Shown in pieces: positions 55,102 to 64,000 of a stretch of DNA of 64,000 nt (the first letter of the stretch is position 1; each line of letters opens with the position of its first letter). The stretch covers positions 74,343 through 138,342 of the forward strand of contig WGMK01000010.1 of the NCBI GenBank assembly GCA_016125095.1, given 5' to 3'. Below the pieces are notes generated by a model. It was not told the origin of the DNA. It saw nothing but the letters and a program-made list of their open reading frames with translations, and searched no databases. Origin of the DNA: Candidatus Hydrogenedens sp. (GTDB taxonomy: Bacteria > Hydrogenedentota > Hydrogenedentia > Hydrogenedentales > JAEUWI01). A program made the translations under genes and the position numbers.

Positions 55102-57576
55102 TTAGTCGAGGCAGGCCCCGTCTTCCGTATCGGTACAGGCCGTGTAGCCGCCGATGTTGTAGATCTGAATCGCCCGGAGCAGCTCCGAGAGATTGATGTT
55201 CCAGTCTTCAGGCGAGGTGTCGGCCGAGTGCGGCGCGCAGTCTTGGCCAGTCAGGTTGAGCGCGAAGCCGTCTTCCGTATCGCCTGGCAGCAGCGCGCAG
55301 CCGAAGCCGTTGGCATTGGCCAGCTGAATCACGCGCAGCAGTTCCGACAGCTCGAAGCGGAAGTCGGCGTTGGTATCCGCCGCATGCACTGCGCCTTCCA
55401 CTGCCTGGCGCAACTCGCCCACCGTAAGTCCGTTCGACGTCGTTACGTTCAGGTCGTTGTAGAGGGACTCCCCATCCAGATAGAAGGAGGTTCCCTTCTG
55501 GGCAAACAGATTGTCGAGGTAGTTGCTGCATTCGCCGAACGAAAGCTCGCGGTCCTCATTGCCGTCCAGCGAGAAGAACGCGACCAGCAGGGCGCGCGCA
55601 CCTTCCGACAAGGTAAGGAACACGTCTCCTTCGCCGCCGCCTTCGCCGCCGCCATCACCCTCGCCTTCCGTCTGGCCTTCGCCATCCTGCGCGCCTTCTA
55701 TCGCGCCCTCGCCCTCGGCCGCGCCGTCCGGCTGGCCTTCGCCATCGACGACGCCCTCGCCATCCGCCGCACCCTCGCTGGCGCCTTCACCCTCGACTGC
55801 GCCCTCCAGGGTGCCTTCGTGGGAACCTTCGCCCTCTACCGCGCCCTCGCCTTCGGAGACGCCTTCGGGGTTGCCCTCGATAGCGCCTTCACCTTCCGAG
55901 ATGCCCTCGGTCGAGCCTTCGACGATACCCTCGTGGCTGCCTTCGCCTTCGGCCACGCCTTCCGTCGAGCCTTCTACGGTACCCTCGCCGTCGGTGGCGC
56001 CTTCAATCGTTCCCTCGATAGCGCCTTCGCCATCGACCGTACCTTCGACTACACCTTCCGTCGATCCCTCGCCGTCAGCGCTTCCCTCGACCACGCCTTC
56101 CGTGTTGCCTTCACCATCTGTGCTGCCTTCGAAGGTTCCCTCGACCACACCTTCGCCTTCACCCTCGGCCGGCGTGTCTACCGTCACCACAATGTCGTTG
56201 CTAATCAGCGTCGTCGCCGCCTTGGCTCCGTTGGTGTTGCCGGATATTTCACAGCGGTAGGTGCCCGCGTCTCCCGCGGTAAACGACGGAATGCTCAGCA
56301 CCCGTCCGGTCTGGCTGCCCAGCAGCACGTTGTCCTTGAACCAGGCATAGGTAGGCACCTGGTTGCCGCCCGCGAGTACGACCTCCAGCACCAGCGGCTG
56401 CCCTTCCGCCACGGCGCCGTCTGTCGACTGCGCGGTGATGCGGAAGTTCGTGTCGAGATTCACGGTCAGATTGACGATCGAAGACGAGCGCTTCCACACG
56501 TCGTCCTCGACGGCCGCATAGAAGGCCCAGTCGTACGTGCTGTTGCCCGCAGGGATTGTTAAATAGTCGATGGTATAGGGCAACGCCGTGCTGAAGGCGC
56601 GCACAATGGTGGTCACCGCCGGGTCGACATTGCTGTCGGTGCGGCTCCACTGCGCGCGGGCGTCGCCCTTGCCCAGCGCCTGCAGGCCACCCGCGACACC
56701 GAGGTCGAAAAACTTCGAGAGGCCCGTGCTGGTCGTTCCGCCCACGGGGTCCGTGCTCACGCGCAGGGGCGGCGTAATGTGGCAGGCGTTCAGCCAGGCC
56801 TCGCGGTCCGCTGCGGCGGTGTATTCCGCACCGTTGTTCTGGCCACCGGGAATGTTGCTGTCGATATCGCCCGCCGCGCCGATATAGTTGGTGCCCGCGC
56901 TGCCGAAGCGTTGATAGTTGCTAGGGTTGAAGGAAATGCTGCTGTTCACCGTATTGACGATGCTCGCGTTCGATGTGCCGCGCGCGCCGAGTTCCAGCAG
57001 CTTCTTGAAATAGAACTCGGGGAAGTCCTGCCCGGTGCTTGAGCCGTTGTAATTGAAGTTCAGCAGCCCCGCTTCGCCGAGCGTGTAGTATCCGGCAAAG
57101 AAATTCAGTAGGCCCTGGCCCAGCGCTTCGTTGCCGTCCGCCGATACCAAGTCGATCAGATTGCACGAATAACCCGCGATCTGCATCAGCGTGCAGTTGA
57201 ACCCGGTGATCGTGAGGTCGGTATTCGCGCGGGCCTTGTTCGCCTGAAAGCCGGCCTGAATTGCGGCCACGGTGGCCGGCGTCAGCTGGTTCGTGCCGTA
57301 GGTTTGCGCGTCCGCCGTGTAATTGCCCATCAGGATCGCCGAAAGCATCGCGAATTGCTCCTGATCGGGAATGCCGTTCGCATCGCGGTCCTGGCCGTAG
57401 AGCAGGATAATTTCGTTCTGGCTCACCTCCGCGTTGGTATCGGCGATGGCCTGCATCGCGATGTCGAGCACGCGGAGCAGTCCATCGAAGTCCACGTCCA
57501 CGCCATCCGCACGGGCGGCAGTGCCGCTGAAAAAAAATGTTCCTGCTAGTAACCACGACCCCAAGAATCGACGCAT
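55102..57576 (-). CDS. Large secreted protein (824 aa): signal peptide, beta-rich N-terminal region, Ig-like domain, an (EGxxEGxxEG)n low-complexity array of about 180 aa, and a C-terminal dockerin/EF-hand-like Cys module paralogous to that of the 909..5150 protein
   Basis: ATG at 57576. MRRFLGSWLLAGTFFFSGTAARA signal peptide. Ig-like TYRCEISGNTNGA. The EGEGEG.VEGT repeat array. C-terminus ...DTNADFRFELSELLRVIQLANANGFGCALLPGDTEDGF...DWNINLSELLRAIQIYNIGGYTACTDTEDGACLD. Confidence 0.8.
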   Translation of the reverse strand: MRRFLGSWLLAGTFFFSGTAARADGVDVDFDGLLRVLDIAMQAIADTNAEVSQNEIILLYGQDRDANGIPDQEQFAMLSAILMGNYTADAQTYGTNQLTPATVAAIQAGFQANKARANTDLTITGFNCTLMQIAGYSCNLIDLVSADGNEALGQGLLNFFAGYYTLGEAGLLNFNYNGSSTGQDFPEFYFKKLLELGARGTSNASIVNTVNSSISFNPSNYQRFGSAGTNYIGAAGDIDSNIPGGQNNGAEYTAAADREAWLNACHITPPLRVSTDPVGGTTSTGLSKFFDLGVAGGLQALGKGDARAQWSRTDSNVDPAVTTIVRAFSTALPYTIDYLTIPAGNSTYDWAFYAAVEDDVWKRSSSIVNLTVNLDTNFRITAQSTDGAVAEGQPLVLEVVLAGGNQVPTYAWFKDNVLLGSQTGRVLSIPSFTAGDAGTYRCEISGNTNGAKAATTLISNDIVVTVDTPAEGEGEGVVEGTFEGSTDGEGNTEGVVEGSADGEGSTEGVVEGTVDGEGAIEGTIEGATDGEGTVEGSTEGVAEGEGSHEGIVEGSTEGISEGEGAIEGNPEGVSEGEGAVEGEGSHEGTLEGAVEGEGASEGAADGEGVVDGEGQPDGAAEGEGAIEGAQDGEGQTEGEGDGGGEGGGEGDVFLTLSEGARALLVAFFSLDGNEDRELSFGECSNYLDNLFAQKGTSFYLDGESLYNDLNVTTSNGLTVGELRQAVEGAVHAADTNADFRFELSELLRVIQLANANGFGCALLPGDTEDGFALNLTGQDCAPHSADTSPEDWNINLSELLRAIQIYNIGGYTACTDTEDGACLD
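55620..56170. repeat. Coding tandem low-complexity repeat (degenerate 9-12 nt units encoding EG/VEG/TEG)
   Basis: Repeated ggcgccttcgcc / ctcgccttc type units. It reads as PSPS repeats on the opposite strand, which are rejected ORFs. Confidence 0.8.
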
Positions 57577-57696
57577 ACGTGAACCTGCCCTGTGTTGTGC
57601 GCGCCAGACCGGCGCGCGGATTCCCCTGTGCCCGGCGCCGACCACCGCACCCCCGGCGTTCAACGCTTTTCACACTATACCACGATTCCGGTTCCC

Positions 57697-57739
57697 ACAA
57701 AAAACGAAGCGCCCGGCAGGGAAAAACCCTGCCGGGCGC
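57697..57739 (-). terminator. Strong rho-independent terminator for ppdK (13-bp stem GCGCCCGGCAGGG/CCCTGCCGGGCGC, then a U-tract on the minus strand)
   Basis: Plus strand reads cacaaaaaacgaaGCGCCCGGCAGGGaaaaaCCCTGCCGGGCGC. On the minus strand the hairpin is followed by TTCGTTTTTTGTG. Confidence 0.8.
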
Positions 57740-57757
57740 CGGCAATAGGGGGAACGT

Positions 57758-60514
57758 TTACTTCTTGCGCGCCTTCTTGGCGACCTTCTTCGCGGCGGCC
57801 TTGCGGGGCCAATTCAGCGCGGCGTGGGCGGCGGCCAGGCGCGCGATCGGCACGCGGAAGGGGCTGCAGCTCACGTAGTTAAAGCCCGCGCGGTGGCAGA
57901 ACATGACCGAGCTCGGCTCGCCGCCGTGCTCGCCGCAGATGCCGACCTTCAGGTCGGGGCGGGTCTTGCGGCCGCGCTCGATGCCCAGCTCGATAAGCTG
58001 GCCGATGCCTTCCTGGTCGAGCACCTGGAAGGGGTCGTTCGGCAGGATGTCGTTCGACAGGTACATCGGCAGGAAACCGCCGATGTCGTCGCGCGAGAAG
58101 CCGAAGCCCATCTGCGTCAGGTCGTTCGTGCCGAAGGAGAAGAACTCGGCCGTCTCGGCAATCTTGTCCGCCACGAGCGTCGCGCGCGGGATCTCGATCA
58201 TCGTGCCGACCATGTAGTCCAGCTTCTTGAGCTTCTTTTCCTTCATGACCTCGGCGGCCACGCGGCGCACGATGGCTTCCTGGTTCTTCAGTTCGTTCTG
58301 GTGGCCCACCAGCGGAATCATGATTTCCGGCAACACCTTCACCTTCTTGGCGGTCAGTTCAGCGGCCGCTTCGAGGATGGCGCGTGCCTGCATCTCGGTG
58401 ATTTCCGGGTAGGCGATGCCCAGGCGGCAGCCGCGGTGGCCGAGCATGGGGTTGAGTTCGTGCAGCGAATGCACGCGATCTTTCACGGTCTGCGCGGGGA
58501 TGCCCATGCTCGCCGCGAGTTCCTTGATCTGCGCGTCGTCGAGCGTCACGAACTCGTGCAGCGGCGGATCCAGCAGGCGCACCGTCACCGGCATACCGGC
58601 CATCGCCTTGAAGATGCCGAGGAAGTCCTTCTTCTGGAAGGGGAGGAGCTTCATCACGGCGGCGCGGCGGTCGGCTTCGGTCTCCGACAGAATCATCTCG
58701 CGCATGTGGATGATGCGTTCCGGCTCGAAGAACATGTGCTCGGTACGCGCCAGGCCGATGCCCTCCGCGCCGAACGCCACCGCCTGTTCGGCATCTTTCG
58801 GCGTTTCGCAGTTGGTGCGCACGTTGATCTGGCGGGTCTGGTCGGCCCAGCCCATCAGCTTCTTGTACCACTTGTTCTTGTCGGGCTGTGCCGGCAGCAC
58901 GGCCACTTGGCCGTCGAACACGTTGCCCGTGGTGCCGTTCAGCGACACCCAGTCGCCCTCGGCAACCGTCTTGCCGCCGACGGTCAGCTTCTTGCCGCGC
59001 GCGTCGATGTTCAGGGCGCCGCAGCCCACGATGCAGCACTTGCCCCAGCCGCGCGCCACGAGCGCCGCGTGCGAGGTCATGCCGCCCTTGGCCGTCAGGA
59101 TGGCCTGGGCCACGTGCATGCCGTGCACGTCTTCCGGCGAGGTCTCATTGCGGACCAGCACCACCTTCTTGCCCTGCGCGGCCCATTCTTCGGCGGCCTC
59201 GCTGGTGAACACCACCTGGCCCACGCCGCCGCCGGGACCCGCCGGCAGGCCCTTGGCCAGCACGGGAGCCGTCTTCTCGGCCGCGGGGTCGAGCATCGGG
59301 TGCAGCAGTTCGTCCAGCTGCTGCGGCTTCACGCGCAGTAGCGCCTCGGCCTGGGTAATCAGCTTCTTCTCGGCCATTTCCACCGCCATGCGGATGGCGG
59401 CCACGCCGGTGCGCTTGCCCACGCGCGTCTGCAGCATCCACAGCTCGCCATCCTCGATGGTGAACTCGATGTCCTGCATGTCGCGGTAATGCTTTTCCAG
59501 CTTCTGGCGGATCTTGTCCAGCTGCTTGTAGACCTTCGGGTTGGCTTCCTCGAGCGAAACCACGTTCTTCTGGTCGGGGGTCTTCGAAGCCTTGTTCAGC
59601 GGGCTCGGGGTGCGGGTACCCGCCACCACGTCCTCGCCCTGCGCATTCACCAGCCACTCGCCGTAGAACAGGTCTTCGCCGGTGGCCGGGTTGCGGGTGA
59701 AGGCCACGCCCGTGGCCGAGGTGTCGCCCATGTTGCCGAACACCATCGCCTGCACGTTCACCGCGGTGCCCCACTCGTGCGGGATGCCCTCAATGCGGCG
59801 GTAGGCGATGGCGCGCTTGCCGTTCCACGACTGGAACACGGCCTTGATGCCGCCCCACAGCTGCTCGCGGGCGTCGTCCGGGAAGGGCTTGCCCAAGGTC
59901 TTCTTCACGATGGCCTTGAACTCTTCGCAGAGTTCCTTCAGGTCATCGGCGGTCAGGTGCGTGTCTTCGGTGACGCCGCGCGCCTTCTTCTTCGCATCCA
60001 TCGCGTGCTCGAGCTTCTCGCGCACGGTGTCGTCGCCCGGACGCTCAACGCCAGCGGCCTTTTCCATCACCACGTCGGCGTACATCATGATCAGGCGGCG
60101 GTAGGCGTCATACGCGAAGCGCGCGTCGCCGCTCTTCTTGATCAGCCCCTCGATGGTCTTGCTGCTCAGGCCGATGTTGAGCACGGTGTCCATCATGCCC
60201 GGCATCGACTGGCGGGCGCCCGAGCGCACCGACATCAGCAGCGGGTTCTTGGGGTCGTCGAACTTCTTCCCCATGATCTTCTCGACCTTCTTCAGCGCCT
60301 TCTCCACCTCGTCGTTCACCGGCTTGGGCAGCTTGCCCTTGTTCTTGTAGTACTCGGTGCAGACTTCCGTCGTGATGGTGAAGCCCGCCGGAACCGGGAT
60401 GCCGGCGCTCGCCATGTCGGCGAGATTGGCGCCCTTGCCCCCGAGCAGGTTCTTCATGGTGGCATTGCCTTCGCCCTTGCCCCCGCCAAACGAATACACA
60501 TTCTTCTTCGCCAT
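57758..60514 (-). CDS. ppdK: Pyruvate, phosphate dikinase
   Basis: ATG at 60514 with AAGGAG upstream. MAKKNVYSFGGGKGEGNATMKNLLGGKGANLADM. The catalytic His region GGMTSHAALVARGWGKCCIVGCG. A C-terminal PEP-utilising TIM barrel. 918 aa. Confidence 0.95.
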   Translation of the reverse strand: MAKKNVYSFGGGKGEGNATMKNLLGGKGANLADMASAGIPVPAGFTITTEVCTEYYKNKGKLPKPVNDEVEKALKKVEKIMGKKFDDPKNPLLMSVRSGARQSMPGMMDTVLNIGLSSKTIEGLIKKSGDARFAYDAYRRLIMMYADVVMEKAAGVERPGDDTVREKLEHAMDAKKKARGVTEDTHLTADDLKELCEEFKAIVKKTLGKPFPDDAREQLWGGIKAVFQSWNGKRAIAYRRIEGIPHEWGTAVNVQAMVFGNMGDTSATGVAFTRNPATGEDLFYGEWLVNAQGEDVVAGTRTPSPLNKASKTPDQKNVVSLEEANPKVYKQLDKIRQKLEKHYRDMQDIEFTIEDGELWMLQTRVGKRTGVAAIRMAVEMAEKKLITQAEALLRVKPQQLDELLHPMLDPAAEKTAPVLAKGLPAGPGGGVGQVVFTSEAAEEWAAQGKKVVLVRNETSPEDVHGMHVAQAILTAKGGMTSHAALVARGWGKCCIVGCGALNIDARGKKLTVGGKTVAEGDWVSLNGTTGNVFDGQVAVLPAQPDKNKWYKKLMGWADQTRQINVRTNCETPKDAEQAVAFGAEGIGLARTEHMFFEPERIIHMREMILSETEADRRAAVMKLLPFQKKDFLGIFKAMAGMPVTVRLLDPPLHEFVTLDDAQIKELAASMGIPAQTVKDRVHSLHELNPMLGHRGCRLGIAYPEITEMQARAILEAAAELTAKKVKVLPEIMIPLVGHQNELKNQEAIVRRVAAEVMKEKKLKKLDYMVGTMIEIPRATLVADKIAETAEFFSFGTNDLTQMGFGFSRDDIGGFLPMYLSNDILPNDPFQVLDQEGIGQLIELGIERGRKTRPDLKVGICGEHGGEPSSVMFCHRAGFNYVSCSPFRVPIARLAAAHAALNWPRKAAAKKVAKKARKK

Positions 60515-60705
60515 CGAATCGTTTCTCCTTGTAGACCCGCTCGTTGCGTGTAGGTCGGATTGGATTTGCGCTCGCGCCCATCGGCCGCTCCGCAGGCGCA
60601 ATCAGCCGGCAGGCGGACACACTTCTCCCTGCTGAGGCGGCAAACGGGACAGAGTATAGTTTACCGGCACCAGACATTCAAGGATTTCACGCGGGCCTGC
60701 GCCGT

Positions 60706-60741
60706 AAAAACACAAAAAGGGCGCGGCCCACGGCCGCGCCC
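60706..60741 (-). terminator. Rho-independent terminator after the 60772..61218 gene (10-bp stem GGGCGCGGCC/GGCCGCGCCC, then a U-tract on the minus strand)
   Basis: Plus strand reads aaaaacacaaaaaGGGCGCGGCCcacGGCCGCGCCC. The minus strand reads the hairpin followed by TTTTTGTGTTTTT. Confidence 0.75.
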
Positions 60742-60771
60742 TCGCAATATTGTCTGTAGTAGCCGGGGTGC

Positions 60772-61218
60772 TTAGAGCACCTGCTGGCCGCTCAGGGTAT
60801 TCAGGTCCAGCTCGCTCCAGTCGTCGTCGCCGCCGGCAGCCGCCTCGAAGCTCTCCACGAGCACCGTGTTGGCATCCGCGAACAGCTTGCCCTTCACGGT
60901 GACCTTCTTGCCCTTCTGCTCGTCGCCCGACAGCAGCGCCGCCGCGGCCGCGCTCGGCACGTAGTGGACGGTCTTGCCCTTCAGGCCCTCAATCGCCTTG
61001 CCTTCCGCGTCCTTGGCGTCTGACACCTTGAGCGCGTTGATCTTCGCCAGCTCCGCCGGGGCGTCCGCCTTGGCGTCGGCCGCGAGCGTGTCGAGCAGGT
61101 TGTAGTTCGTCCCGGTCAGCGTCACCGCGACCGAAGCCGCTTCTTCCGCCATCACGGCCGGGGCCATTGCCAGCGCCGCCATGGCGCACAGAATCGTCCA
61201 GGTAATCAGCTTCGTCAT
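60772..61218 (-). CDS. Secreted hypothetical protein (148 aa)
   Basis: ATG at 61218 with AGGAG upstream. MTKLITWTILCAMAALAMAPAVMA signal peptide. No recognisable domain. Confidence 0.55.
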   Translation of the reverse strand: MTKLITWTILCAMAALAMAPAVMAEEAASVAVTLTGTNYNLLDTLAADAKADAPAELAKINALKVSDAKDAEGKAIEGLKGKTVHYVPSAAAAALLSGDEQKGKKVTVKGKLFADANTVLVESFEAAAGGDDDWSELDLNTLSGQQVL

Positions 61219-61398
61219 TCCCAATATCTCCTGCGTTGCTTCTCGTTCGGGTGGTTTCCACGAAAGGGCCGTGTCCGGCCGCATATCTCCTGAGTATACT
61301 TTCCAGACGAAAGACCCTGCAATCTATTCAACGGTTTCGGAATGCCGGAACGCTGACAAGCGTTTCACGGCACCGAATCCGAACCTGGGAGACCACGC

Positions 61399-62301
61399 AT
61401 GCAAGTAGCCATTACGGGAGCCTCCGGGCTGGTGGGAACGGCCTTGCAAAAGGCCCTCGCAGCACGAGGCGACACGCCCCGGCCGCTCGTACGGTCGGGT
61501 ATGCCCGCCGAAGGCGAGATTTCCTGGGACCCATCCTCTGGGCGCTTGAATCCGCGGGACCTCGAGGGCATCGACGCCATCGTGAACCTGAGCGGGGAGA
61601 GCGTGGCGGGCGGACGCTGGACCGCCGCGCGCAAGGAGCGCATCCTCCAGAGCCGTATCGATTCGACCCGCACGCTGTGCAACGCGCTGGCGTCGATGCC
61701 CCTGCCCCCGAAGGTGCTCGTATCCGCCTCGGCCATGGGGTTTTACGGCGATACCGGGGACGCCGCGGTCGACGAAGCGGCGGGTCCGGGCGACGGCTTT
61801 CTGGCCGAGGTCTGCCAGGCTTGGGAGGCCGAGACGCAGCCGGCCGCTGCGGCGGGCATCCGGGTGGTGCATTACCGCATCGGCCTCGTGCTCAGCACGC
61901 GCGGCGGGGCATTGACCCAGATGCTGCCCGCCTTCCGCTTGGGGCTGGGCGGTGTTCTCGGCAGCGGCAAGCAGTACATGAGCTGGATTACACTGGACGA
62001 TCTGGTGGCCGGCATCCTCCATTGTATCGATACCCATTCGGTAAGCGGACCGGTGAATGCGGTCGCGCCGCACCCGGTGACCAATGCCGAATTCACCCGC
62101 ACGCTGGCGCGAACGCTCCGCCGTCCGGCCCTGTTGCCGGTACCCCGATTCGGACTCAAACTGGCTGCAGGGGAAATGGCGGATGAGTTACTGCTTCCCA
62201 GCATCCGCCTGACACCGGGCAAGCTGACCGCGTCGGGATTCCGATTCCAATCCGAAACCCTCGAAGCGGCGCTCGATACGCTCCTGAGCGGCAAGGCCTG
62301 A
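61399..62301 (+). CDS. TIGR01777/YfcH-family NAD-dependent epimerase/dehydratase-like protein (DUF1731 C-terminus)
   Basis: MQVAITGASGLVGTAL Rossmann start. 300 aa with a YfcH-like layout. Confidence 0.8.
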   Translation: MQVAITGASGLVGTALQKALAARGDTPRPLVRSGMPAEGEISWDPSSGRLNPRDLEGIDAIVNLSGESVAGGRWTAARKERILQSRIDSTRTLCNALASMPLPPKVLVSASAMGFYGDTGDAAVDEAAGPGDGFLAEVCQAWEAETQPAAAAGIRVVHYRIGLVLSTRGGALTQMLPAFRLGLGGVLGSGKQYMSWITLDDLVAGILHCIDTHSVSGPVNAVAPHPVTNAEFTRTLARTLRRPALLPVPRFGLKLAAGEMADELLLPSIRLTPGKLTASGFRFQSETLEAALDTLLSGKA

Positions 62302-62391
62302 ATCCGCGCGGCGTCAAAAAAATACTTGTCATAGATCGCGCTATCTGCGTATACTCGCGGCGGTCGATCCAACCGGAGGAGAGTTACGCAG

Positions 62392-63603
62392 ATGCCGACG
62401 TTTAACTATGTCGCGCGCACGCGCTCGGGGAGCAAGAAGCAGGGGTCTATTACGGCCGAAAGCAAACAGCTTGCGACCACGCAGTTGATCCAGCAGGGCC
62501 TCAAGGTCGATTCGATCTCGGAGAAGGGATCTGCGGCCCGGGGCGGCGGCAACCTGAACAAGCGCGTCAAGACGCCCGATCTCCTGATCTTTACGCGTCA
62601 GTTGAGCACGATCGTCAGCGCGGGTCTTCCGCTCATGCAGGGTCTGGATATTCTGGCCGAGCAGACGGACGATCCGAATTTCGCCAAGATTATCGACGCC
62701 GTGGGCCAGGAAGTGGAATCCGGCGAGACCTTCTCCGACGCGCTCCGCAAGTACAGCAAGGCCTTCCCGGACCTGTACATCAGCATGGTGCGTTCGGGCG
62801 AGGCGAGCGGCGACCTCGATGGCGTGCTGATTCAGCTGGCCGATTATCTCGAGGCCTCCGAAGAGCTGAAGCGCCGCATCAAGTCCGCCATGACCTACCC
62901 TGTCGTGGCGTTCAGCATGATCATTCTTATTGCGGCGGCCCTGATTATCTGGGTGGTGCCGCAGTTCGCCAATATCTTCCAGGCGCTGGGCGGCACGCTT
63001 CCCGCGCCGACGCGCATCCTGATTGCGGTCAGCGAATTCTTGCGCAGCTGGTACGGCGCCCCGCTCATTGTGGTGGCGATTATTGGCATTTACTTCGGCA
63101 TCCGGGCCTACGGACAGACCGAGGCGGGACGCTTCCATCTGGACACGCTGCGGCTGCGGATGCCGGTATTCGGCCAGCTGCTGCGCAAGGTCGCCATCAG
63201 CCGGTTCACCCGCACGCTGAGCACGCTCACGCGCAGCGGTGTGAACATTCTGCAGGCGCTGGAAATCGTGGAGCGCACGGCGGGCAATGAAGTGTACGCC
63301 AAGGCCATCCGCGAGGCGGCCGACAGCGTGCGCAACGGCGATACGCTGGCCGACCCGCTGGCCCGCGCCGAGGTGTTTCCCGCCATGGTGACCCGCATGA
63401 TCGCGGTCGGCGAGAAGACTGGCGCGCTTGAAATTATGCTCATGAAGATCTCCGATTTCTACGACTCCGAGGTGCGCGCGCTGGTGGACAGCCTGACCTC
63501 GCTCATCGAGCCCATCCTCATTGGCCTCATGGGTATCGTCGTGGGCGGTATCGTTATCGCGCTCTTCATGCCGATCCTGATGCTTTCCAGCCTCGTATCC
63601 TGA
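62392..63603 (+). CDS. gspF: Type II secretion / type IV pilus platform protein, GspF/PilC family
   Basis: Two T2SSF domains (LSTIVSAGLPLMQGLDIL, ...LSTLTRSGVNILQALEIV) and three TM segments. 403 aa. Confidence 0.85.
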   Translation: MPTFNYVARTRSGSKKQGSITAESKQLATTQLIQQGLKVDSISEKGSAARGGGNLNKRVKTPDLLIFTRQLSTIVSAGLPLMQGLDILAEQTDDPNFAKIIDAVGQEVESGETFSDALRKYSKAFPDLYISMVRSGEASGDLDGVLIQLADYLEASEELKRRIKSAMTYPVVAFSMIILIAAALIIWVVPQFANIFQALGGTLPAPTRILIAVSEFLRSWYGAPLIVVAIIGIYFGIRAYGQTEAGRFHLDTLRLRMPVFGQLLRKVAISRFTRTLSTLTRSGVNILQALEIVERTAGNEVYAKAIREAADSVRNGDTLADPLARAEVFPAMVTRMIAVGEKTGALEIMLMKISDFYDSEVRALVDSLTSLIEPILIGLMGIVVGGIVIALFMPILMLSSLVS

Positions 63604-63622
63604 TACACCACAGAGACTTATC

Positions 63623-63661
63623 CGCACGCGGGCCCAACCGGGTCCGCGTGCGTTGTTTTTT
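63623..63661 (+). terminator. Rho-independent terminator after gspF (about 13-bp stem CGCACGCGGGCCC..GGGTCCGCGTGCG followed by TTGTTTTTTACG)
   Basis: Read directly from the sequence. Confidence 0.75.
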
Positions 63662-63745
63662 ACGCGAATACTGAAACCCTTCCGTCCTGTTGCCTGTCTA
63701 AGCTCCAGATGTTGGAAGTCCAGTAAAATCAGAGGTTAGCGTCCC

Positions 63746-64000
63746 ATGAGCAGAAGCGTGATTGTGCAGTACGTTCTTCTCCTTGCCGTGACGGCCGCGT
63801 GTTCGGCCGGCGCGGTGCAGCCCACGGGAACTCACCCCGCCCCCGAGGCGCCCACCCAGGTCGAGAATTTCCGCCTCATCGACCATCAGGGGGTTTCGCG
63901 CGAGTTCTATCACCTTGAGGATGCCAAGGGCGTCATTCTCTTCGCGTTCGATGCCGAGAGTCCCGTGGCGATGGAAACCGCGGCCACCCTGCAGCAGCAC
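63746..64000 (+). CDS. Thioredoxin-fold redoxin (SCO1/TlpA-like) lipoprotein, 3' partial
   Basis: ATG at 63746 with AGAGG upstream. MSRSVIVQYVLLLAVTAAC lipobox. FRLIDHQGVSREFYHLEDAKGVILFAF is typical of the redoxin N-terminus. The ORF runs off the window end. Confidence 0.6.
   Translation, partial: MSRSVIVQYVLLLAVTAACSAGAVQPTGTHPAPEAPTQVENFRLIDHQGVSREFYHLEDAKGVILFAFDAESPVAMETAATLQQH

Noticed and set aside
55620-56170. Possible CRISPR array suggested by the tandem repeats
   Set aside because: The repeats are degenerate 9-12-nt coding units with no spacer-like unique segments. They lie inside a protein-coding frame and no cas genes are nearby.
55523-56260. 245-aa plus-strand PSPS-repeat ORF
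   Set aside because: It is the antisense reading of the EG-rich coding repeat of the 55102..57576 gene. There is no signal peptide or start context.

Overview
This is a 64 kb, GC-rich (about 65% GC) bacterial chromosomal segment with roughly 47 protein-coding genes packed on both strands. Two ends are partial: the LysR-type regulator at the 5' end and a redoxin lipoprotein at the 3' end. I found no rRNA, tRNA, CRISPR array or transposase/integrase. Housekeeping content: rplU-rpmA-obg-proB, gpmA, ppdK, an acyl-CoA dehydrogenase plus an acyl-CoA carboxyltransferase beta subunit, Mrp/ApbC, aspartate dehydrogenase, and a System II cytochrome c biogenesis pair (ResB/CcsB and CcsA). The most interesting accessory content is a compact two-gene RiPP locus: a 57-aa precursor with two TTxxxxEE core repeats and an LFIEELE leader motif, followed immediately by a RimK-type ATP-grasp ligase, which looks like a plesiocin-like (group 2) graspetide system. 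On the opposite strand right beside it are two tandem signal-peptide-bearing, extremely Cys-rich mini-proteins that I cannot place in any family I know. Other notable content: two giant secreted repeat proteins (1413 aa FG-GAP type and 853 aa) that share EGEG low-complexity linkers and a roughly 100-aa C-terminal dockerin/EF-hand-like, Cys-containing module, one of them ending in a CxxCH heme motif; an MdtABC-like RND operon (adaptor plus two RND permeases, one with a large insertion); ExeA(GspA)/GspB with a distant orphan GspF; a PKD-repeat lipoprotein fused to a PhoPQ-related alpha/beta hydrolase; a P-loop kinase / unknown 468-aa protein / ATP-grasp operon; a LITAF-like zinc-ribbon mini-protein; a decayed ATPase gene fragment in a 40%-GC island; and perfect 25-bp palindromic repeat elements at the 5' end. 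Several strong rho-independent terminators are visible. The overall gene content (ExeA/GspB, PPDK, plesiocin-type graspetide, huge secreted repeat proteins, PSCyt-like CxxCH) is compatible with a GC-rich Gram-negative such as Myxococcota or Planctomycetota. That assignment is low-confidence inference.
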